Source of the DNA: Folioceros fuciformis
Taxonomy: Eukaryota
Reading direction: 5' to 3'
NCBI GenBank assembly: GCA_049999805.1
Contig: JBNGIO010006161.1
Span: 1-64,000 of the forward strand
Length of the DNA: 64,000 nt
The notes under the pieces are model-generated. The model saw only the letters and a list, made by a program, of their open reading frames with translations. It made no database searches and was not told the origin of the DNA. Made by a program: the position numbers and the translations under genes. Numbering within the stretch: position 1 is the stretch's first letter; each line of letters starts with the position of its first letter. Below, in pieces: positions 57,521 to 64,000 of this stretch.

Positions 57521-60500
57521 ATGCAACAAAGCGTGGGTGGATTCCTGGATGGGTGTTATCGATACGCCGATGGCTGTGGAGCCCCTGTATCCAGCTATCC
57601 TGACTCTTGCAGGACTGCGGCATGTCGGTGGGATCAGAGGCAGCAGACGAAGAGTTCTCGTTTGTCAGAGTTGCGGGTAGCGTGGTTGGTGCGTGGGCAG
57701 CTAGATGGTATCGATGGGCATATGGGTCCGTTCCATCGAGCCCCTGCATCCACCTGGAACTTGCCTGATGGGTCTGACCTTGGCAGACATGCAGGACGTG
57801 AAGAGCTCATTTCTGGTGATACGGTGAGCAAGCTATGTGAGCAGGAGCAGCTCACTAAGGCTGTGGAAGCTTTGGGAGCTCTGGTGCGGACGGACTGCCG
57901 AATTTCGCAGTCCTTCTTGTACACGGTTCTCAAGAGGTGTGTGGGGAAGAAGGATTTGGTATTGGGTCGTCGTGTACATGCTCTTGTCGTGAGAGCGGGG
58001 TACGAGGCGGATACTTTCTTGTGCAATATCGTCCTGCGGATGTATGGCTCACATGCCAGTTTGCAGGAAGCTATGGATGTGTTCACCAGCATTTCTAGAC
58101 CAGATGCATTCACGTGGTCTTGCATAATTTCTGCGCATGTTAGACACGGGCAGGCTAAGCAAGGTGTACGACTGTACCGTGAGATGCGTACAACAAGTGT
58201 GAAACCAGATGGGCATGTGTTTGTAGCAGCTCTACAGGCTTGTGCAAGAGGGGCAGACTTGACAACTGGGCAGCAGGTGCATGCTGATGTGATGGCGAGT
58301 GGTGTTGAGAATGATCTATTTGTGTCCAATGGCTTAGTCGACATGTATGCAAAATGTGGTAGATTGGAAGACGCTCGCACAGTGTTTGGTAAGATTCCTC
58401 AGAAGGATGTGGTGTCGTGGACTGCTCTCATAGCAGGATACTCTCAGCATGGCATGGGTCAGGAAGCCCTCCGGCTTTACAGGGTCATGGAAGGAGAAGG
58501 CATTGCTGTACCCAGTTGTGTGACGTTTGTCTGTCTCCTGCAGGCTTGTGCAAGTGTGGGGTCCGTGGCTTTGGAAATGGGGAAGCAGCTTCATGCACAG
58601 ATTCGAGAACGAGGCTTTCAGGCTGATGTGGTTGTGGCCAACAGTCTGGTGAACATGTATGCAAAGTGTGGCAGACTAGAGGATGCTCAGAGCTTGTTCG
58701 ACAAACTAGTGCAAAAAAATGTGGTGACATGGACCTCTCTGATAGCAGGATATTCTCAGCAGGGGCTGGGTCAAGAGGCTCTCGACGTTTACAGTGCAAT
58801 GCAAACAGAAGGGATTGCAGCTCCGAATTCTGTCACGTTTGTGTGCCTGCTGCAGGCGTGTGCAAGCGTCGGCACTCCAGGTTTGGAAAGTGGAGAGCAG
58901 CTCCATGCACAGATACGTGAGCGAGGGCTTGAGGCTGATCTGGTTGTGGGTTGCAGCCTTGTAAACATGTATGCAAAGTGTGGCAGCATACAGGCTGCCC
59001 AGGTCGTGTTTGACGGAATGGGTCAAAAGAATGTAGTGACATGGAATGCCATGATAGCTGGATTTGCTCAGCAGGGCATGGGCCAGGCAGCCCTTCGACT
59101 TTATGATGCTCTCCAAGATGATGGCAGTGTGTCACCCAATTCTGTGACGTTCGTGAGCCTCCTTCAGGCATGTGCAAGTTTGGGCACACTGGCTTTGGAA
59201 AAGGGGAAGGAGCTTCATGCTGAGATTGGAGAACAAGGACTCCAGCAGGATGTCACTGTGGGTTGTAGCCTTGTAAACATGTATGCCAAGTGCGGCAGCC
59301 TTGAGAATGCGCAGAGCGTTTTCGACGGACTTGCTGAGAAAGATGTGGTGACGTGGAATGCTATGATATCTGGATATTCCCAGCAGGGCATGGGTCAGGA
59401 AGCCCTTCACCTTTACCGTGCTATGCAAGTCGGAGGCATGGTCTTTCCGGACTCTGTCACATTTGTTTGCCTCCTGCAGGCATGTGCATGTGTTGGTACA
59501 GCAGCATTGGAGACAGGGAAACAGCTTCATGCACAGATTGTAGAACAAGACCTTCTGGCTGATCTGGTTGTTTGCTGTAGCTTGGTGAACATGTATGCCA
59601 AGTGCGGCAGCATCGAGGATGCTCAAACTATGTTTGACGGTCTTGGTCACAAAGATGTGGTGACATGGAACACGATAATAGCAGGATACACCCACCTTGG
59701 TCTGGGCCAGGAAGCCCTTCGCCTGTACAGCGTCATGCAATCGGAGGGCCTTGTGGCACCCAATTCAGCTACGTTCTCCTGCGTCCTGCAGGCCTGCGCA
59801 AATGTGGGAGCTTTGCATCTGGGACAGCAGCTACATGTTGATATCGAAGAACAAGGGCTTCACGCTGATGCCTGTATAGCCATCGGCTTGATATACATGT
59901 ACGCAAAGAGTGGGAGCATGGTGCATGCACAGCAGGTGTTTGATGCTTTGCCTGAACGAGATGTGGTTGCCTGGAATGCACTGATTGCAGGATACACCCA
60001 TCAAGGAGATAGCGAAGCGGTCTTCGAGGCCGCTCGCAAAATGAGAGAGGATGGTATACAACTGAACGAAATTACATTTAATAGCTTACTAACAGTTTGC
60101 AGCCATGCGGGACTAGTAGATCAGGGGCAAGAGTACTTCGATGCTATGAGCAGGAACCATGGGCTTGATCCTAACAAGGAGCATTACACCTGCATGGTCG
60201 ATATCCTGGGTCGTGCAGGTAAGCTGGATGAGGGACTGGCAATGGCAAGGGCGATGCCTGTACCTCCTGATGCTGCAGTTTGGCACACTCTATTGAGTGC
60301 TTGTTGCAAATGGAGCAATGTAGAGGTTGGACGCCACGCCTTCCATGAAGCAATGAAGCTAGATGACAAAGACCCTGCCGCGTATGTGTTAATGTCGAAC
60401 ACCTTAGCTGCTGCGCACATGTTGGAGGAGGCAGAGGAGATGCAGGCAAGGAGAAAAGGAATAGGGGCACGTAAACAGCCAGGACAGAGCTGGTGGACGG

Positions 60501-60691
60501 ATATGGATGGAAGGGTCCATAGATTCTCAGTTGGGGATACAGAGCATCCTGAGGTCGGACATATCTATGCAAGGCTTGAACTGCTTACTTGCAGTATGAA
60601 ACGAGAATGGTACGTGCCACAAATGGGTTTCTCACCGGGGGAGAACTTTGACAAAGAACAGGAAGCATCATATCTGTGCACACAAAGCTGA
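57521..60691 (+). CDS. PLS-class PPR protein (PPR7), E1/E2, WW-type PG box and E+ region, ending at the HxE position of the DYW domain
   Basis: PLS triplets with 7 S motifs; KQPGQSWWTDMDGRVHRFSVGDTEHPEVGHIYARLE...WYVPQ...EQEASYLCTQS*. Start uncertain (gap at 57290-57389 upstream). Confidence 0.93.
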   Translation: MQQSVGGFLDGCYRYADGCGAPVSSYPDSCRTAACRWDQRQQTKSSRLSELRVAWLVRGQLDGIDGHMGPFHRAPASTWNLPDGSDLGRHAGREELISGDTVSKLCEQEQLTKAVEALGALVRTDCRISQSFLYTVLKRCVGKKDLVLGRRVHALVVRAGYEADTFLCNIVLRMYGSHASLQEAMDVFTSISRPDAFTWSCIISAHVRHGQAKQGVRLYREMRTTSVKPDGHVFVAALQACARGADLTTGQQVHADVMASGVENDLFVSNGLVDMYAKCGRLEDARTVFGKIPQKDVVSWTALIAGYSQHGMGQEALRLYRVMEGEGIAVPSCVTFVCLLQACASVGSVALEMGKQLHAQIRERGFQADVVVANSLVNMYAKCGRLEDAQSLFDKLVQKNVVTWTSLIAGYSQQGLGQEALDVYSAMQTEGIAAPNSVTFVCLLQACASVGTPGLESGEQLHAQIRERGLEADLVVGCSLVNMYAKCGSIQAAQVVFDGMGQKNVVTWNAMIAGFAQQGMGQAALRLYDALQDDGSVSPNSVTFVSLLQACASLGTLALEKGKELHAEIGEQGLQQDVTVGCSLVNMYAKCGSLENAQSVFDGLAEKDVVTWNAMISGYSQQGMGQEALHLYRAMQVGGMVFPDSVTFVCLLQACACVGTAALETGKQLHAQIVEQDLLADLVVCCSLVNMYAKCGSIEDAQTMFDGLGHKDVVTWNTIIAGYTHLGLGQEALRLYSVMQSEGLVAPNSATFSCVLQACANVGALHLGQQLHVDIEEQGLHADACIAIGLIYMYAKSGSMVHAQQVFDALPERDVVAWNALIAGYTHQGDSEAVFEAARKMREDGIQLNEITFNSLLTVCSHAGLVDQGQEYFDAMSRNHGLDPNKEHYTCMVDILGRAGKLDEGLAMARAMPVPPDAAVWHTLLSACCKWSNVEVGRHAFHEAMKLDDKDPAAYVLMSNTLAAAHMLEEAEEMQARRKGIGARKQPGQSWWTDMDGRVHRFSVGDTEHPEVGHIYARLELLTCSMKREWYVPQMGFSPGENFDKEQEASYLCTQS

Positions 60692-60951
60692 GAGCCTGAC
60701 AGGAGACCACTACTTTTGACATCACCTTTCCAAGGAGGAGCAGCAGTCCAACGTTGAAGGGAAACATGCCACGGAAAGTATCTGCCTACTGTCAAGCCAG
60801 GACATGTTCATCACCAAGCAGTTTTCAAATCGAGTCAGGCTCGACTTGGACACATAGCATCTTCTGTTCCCTGGCCTGCAGCCTAAGGCGCATATTGCTG
60901 TCAGTAAGTGGGACCGCCGCGTTGTTCTGCGCTGTCTGGACTGAGCAAGTG

Positions 60952-63027
60952 TCAGGTTGGAACTAGCATGTGAGGAGTGTACGATTCTGACTCCACTATC
61001 CTGGAGATGGCAAACGCAACTGGAAGGGCCACGATCGCACACAGTGATCCCCCCATTATCATTTCTACTAGACCTCTGGCCAGTTGCATGGATTTCCTCC
61101 TCAACACCGAGAACTCAACAGCCCTGTCACTCTGAGCAGGTTGCCACGTATCGTCGACTCCGGAAGCACCTCCATCCTGTCTATCGGATCTTCCGTTCAG
61201 AACAATCGGCTCAGGAACAGGCACGCCGCGTGCTGAAAATCCGTCCTGCCTGATACTGCTGCTTCTGCTGATGACATGTGCCGGCTGGGGTTCGCTCTCA
61301 AGCGTCGGCCCGCCATGACCAAATCTACTACTCCTATCTGCTGGAAGCGAAATACTCGGATTGGAGATCTGCTCGCTCTTGACACGTTCGTCCCCTCGAC
61401 CCGGTGCTGCCGCAGAAGCGATCGGATTGTCATGCACACTCCAGCTGTTGTTGCTGCACGTTTCCATGTCCAGCCCCGAGGCTTCGGATCCAGTATCTCT
61501 CGCCGTGTTCCCAGGCTCATCATCTGAGACCAGGGAATGCAACAGCCTTCTGGGCGTGGTGAAAGGTACAACGCACGCATCCTCAGATCTAAGCTGCGCA
61601 ACTTGCTCCTGCCGTTCTGGAGACTGGAAGGTGATGGTGGTTCCGCACGTGGTGGGCGCACTGGAAGGGGGCTTCCTCACCCGACCCTGCACGGTCAGTG
61701 GGCTTGCACTCTCCTCTGCCGCTCCCTCATCCTCATCTCTCGCATCCAGATCTACACTAAGCCGCATCGGAGATCCTTCTGAAGCATCAGACACCCTTCT
61801 CCCCTCGTGACTTGCACGTTCGTCTGCTTCCTCTTCCTCCTCCTCCTCCTCTCCCCCGGAAAAACCGTCATCCACATGAGCCACCTTCCTCCAGCTGTTG
61901 TTGCTGCTGTAGGCACCGGACCAATCCCTGCCACGCCCGTCCCGGCCGAGACGGCCCCTTCCAGATCCTGATCCCAGGCTCCGGGAAGATGACCCCCGAG
62001 GATCACCCAGCGACGATGTGGCAGACTCGCCGGTCAAGTGAACAGAATTTCTCCTGAACTGCAACCTCCTGCCACCATCCCTGTGCCCGGACGCGCTGTG
62101 CAAAGCCTCCGTCGCCGCACCTCGGACGTGTGGAGATCTGTCGTGTCCACAGAGCTCCAAGGCGCGTACAGCAGCAGATATATCCTCATCGGGCAAAGCC
62201 CTCCTGTCCACAGCCTCCAGCAAGGCCTGCAGCAGGCGGGCAGCGCACACCCTGGACTGCCACTGTGCTCCATCCCCACCTGCATGCATCAGCATCTGGG
62301 TAGCAGACCGCAGCAAAGGCGCGCAGAATCCCTTCACGGCCGAACCGGAGGCCAGCACCAGGGACCTAGCCAGTTGGAGGTGCGCAACACCCAATCCCCG
62401 CGCTCCCTTCTCCCGCACCCCGGCGCACACTCTGGAGCACAGCTCCTGCGCCATCTCCGATCCCGCGTGCTTCCATTTCTCGGATTCCACCAATGCCTGC
62501 AGGCAGAGAGCTGCACCCGCAGCCAGGGGCTCGGAGTCCGACACCACACAGTCCAGGAGGGGCTGGGAGAGCGCACGCAGCACAGCCTGGGCGTCTGCCG
62601 GGGGCCCAGCAGGGTCGATTGCGTGTCTGGCAATAGAAGCCACCACCCGGGCGCACGCCTGGTGCAGCTGTGGCGAGCTGCTGCTGCTGCTCCCAGAGGC
62701 GATGGAGCGGGTCACGGTTGCCATCACCCGCCCGATGTGGGGAACGATGAGCTTGCCGTGCGCCCGGGCCACCTCCTCGTACAGGGAGATGGCGAAGGAC
62801 TTGGACTGCGGGGAGCCCGTCCCCGAGCCCGCCCCCCGGGAGGGCGAAACCTGCTGGAGGAATGCCGGCATGGACCCCGAATCCAGCTGCTCCACGAACG
62901 CCTTGAGCGAGTGCATGGCCGCCCTCCTGCCCTCCGAGTCCGCTTCCCCGAGCCTTGCCAGATGCCGCCCCACCACTTCCACCTCCTCTCCCTCTGCCGC
63001 CTCCTCCATCTCCATCTCCAAATCCAT
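60952..63027 (-). CDS. SINE1: SINE1/SINE2-like plant KASH nuclear-envelope protein with ARM-like N-terminus, intronless
   Basis: RRAAMHSLKAFVEQLDS, AISLYEEVARAHG, LHQACARVVASIARHAIDP, GAALCLQALVESEKW; C-terminal hydrophobic helix followed by the KASH tail LVPT*. Confidence 0.88.
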   Translation of the reverse strand: MDLEMEMEEAAEGEEVEVVGRHLARLGEADSEGRRAAMHSLKAFVEQLDSGSMPAFLQQVSPSRGAGSGTGSPQSKSFAISLYEEVARAHGKLIVPHIGRVMATVTRSIASGSSSSSSPQLHQACARVVASIARHAIDPAGPPADAQAVLRALSQPLLDCVVSDSEPLAAGAALCLQALVESEKWKHAGSEMAQELCSRVCAGVREKGARGLGVAHLQLARSLVLASGSAVKGFCAPLLRSATQMLMHAGGDGAQWQSRVCAARLLQALLEAVDRRALPDEDISAAVRALELCGHDRSPHVRGAATEALHSASGHRDGGRRLQFRRNSVHLTGESATSSLGDPRGSSSRSLGSGSGRGRLGRDGRGRDWSGAYSSNNSWRKVAHVDDGFSGGEEEEEEEEADERASHEGRRVSDASEGSPMRLSVDLDARDEDEGAAEESASPLTVQGRVRKPPSSAPTTCGTTITFQSPERQEQVAQLRSEDACVVPFTTPRRLLHSLVSDDEPGNTARDTGSEASGLDMETCSNNSWSVHDNPIASAAAPGRGDERVKSEQISNPSISLPADRSSRFGHGGPTLESEPQPAHVISRSSSIRQDGFSARGVPVPEPIVLNGRSDRQDGGASGVDDTWQPAQSDRAVEFSVLRRKSMQLARGLVEMIMGGSLCAIVALPVAFAISRIVESESYTPHMLVPT

Positions 63028-63427
63028 GGCTAGCTCAGCTAGCTAGCTTTGGGCAACTGAACGAATGATCCCTTCAACAACTGCTCAAGCTCTGCACAGC
63101 ACCCATGGAGGAATCCACACCTCCTTCTCGTGGGCGGCAATGCGGTCATTCAATGCTTTCTCCATCTAGTGTTTAAACATGGGCCACATGACCGTTGCAG
63201 CTGGGAAAGAAACAGCCGTTGCAACAGAGGTTGTCGGACGGGGAACCTGCTCAGAAGCGGCAAGTTATGGCATGGCATGGACGCAGCATCGCATGGGATG
63301 TTAAGAGCGTGTAGGAGCAACTCGCACAGGAGCGTCCTTGCATCCGAAGAACCGCCATGCTTACCTCGAGGATTCCCGATGTGGGAGGAATGCTGGGATG
63401 TGATGCGGTCGTAGTCTTTACAAGAGG

Positions 63428-64000
63428 ATGTGTCGCTGGAGAGGGGTACTGCATCGGAGGTGGGCAGCAGGAGATGTTGTGGAAGAACGGGTGCGATTAT
63501 GTCATGGCCCAATACTTTGGTGGGACACCGGTCAGGATGGTGTGGAAAGGGGGGTGACGGCTACGACAGTGAGCAAGCTTTGTAAGGAGGAGAGACTCGG
63601 TGAGGCTGTGGAGGCTTTGGGAATTGCGGTGCAGACGAACTGTTGCATTCCTAAGTCTGTCTTCCACGGTGTTTTGAAGATGTGCGCGGTGAAGAAGGAC
63701 GTTGTCTTGGGTCGGCGTGTGCATGCTTTCACTGTGGAGAAGGGGTACGAGTCGGACACCTTCTTGTGCAACCACATCATGCGCATGTATGGTTCTCGTT
63801 GCATGCTGCAGGAGGCGATGGATGTGTTCACCGGTGTTGGAAACCCAGATGCTTTCATGTGGTCTTCCATCATCTCTGCCCATGCCACACATGGGGACGA
63901 CAAGCAGGCTCTGGAACTGTATCATCGGATGCGCAGGTCAGGCGTAAAGCCAGATGGGCACGTGTTTGTGGCAGCTCTTCAGGCTTGTGCGAGGCGAGGG
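63428..64000 (+). CDS. PLS-class PPR protein (PPR8), 5' part, runs off the window
   Basis: MCRWR...VTATTVSKLCKEERLGEAVEALG...DTFLCNHIMRMYG...PDAFMWSSIISAH...KPDGHVFVAALQAC, same subfamily as PPR1-5 and PPR7; first ATG after the in-frame TGA at 63401. Confidence 0.9.
   Translation, partial: MCRWRGVLHRRWAAGDVVEERVRLCHGPILWWDTGQDGVERGVTATTVSKLCKEERLGEAVEALGIAVQTNCCIPKSVFHGVLKMCAVKKDVVLGRRVHAFTVEKGYESDTFLCNHIMRMYGSRCMLQEAMDVFTGVGNPDAFMWSSIISAHATHGDDKQALELYHRMRRSGVKPDGHVFVAALQACARRG

Overview
Gene-dense eukaryotic nuclear DNA from a land plant, with short GT-AG introns and six N-gaps. A hornwort such as Anthoceros is inferred from the 'PGQSWWTD' WW-type PG boxes. Eight PLS-class PPR genes (organellar RNA-editing factor type) dominate the window: a five-gene tandem array at 4.4-23.0 kb, two genes at 52.3-60.7 kb and one running off the right end. 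All seven whose 3' ends are visible stop inside the DYW deaminase region, each at a different point. Other genes are SKP1, a METTL21-type methyltransferase, plastid triosephosphate isomerase, a small coiled-coil protein, an unusual HMG-box plus DPB3/NF-YC histone-fold protein, a TMEM214-like gene, DNA polymerase lambda, an F-box gene, a choline transporter-like gene, TITAN-like, tRNA-Leu(AAG) and the KASH protein SINE1. A strictosidine-synthase-like pseudogene and a collapsed local duplication (31.6-49.3 kb versus 51.2-52.5 kb) are also visible. All identifications are by eye from recalled family motifs; no searches were run.
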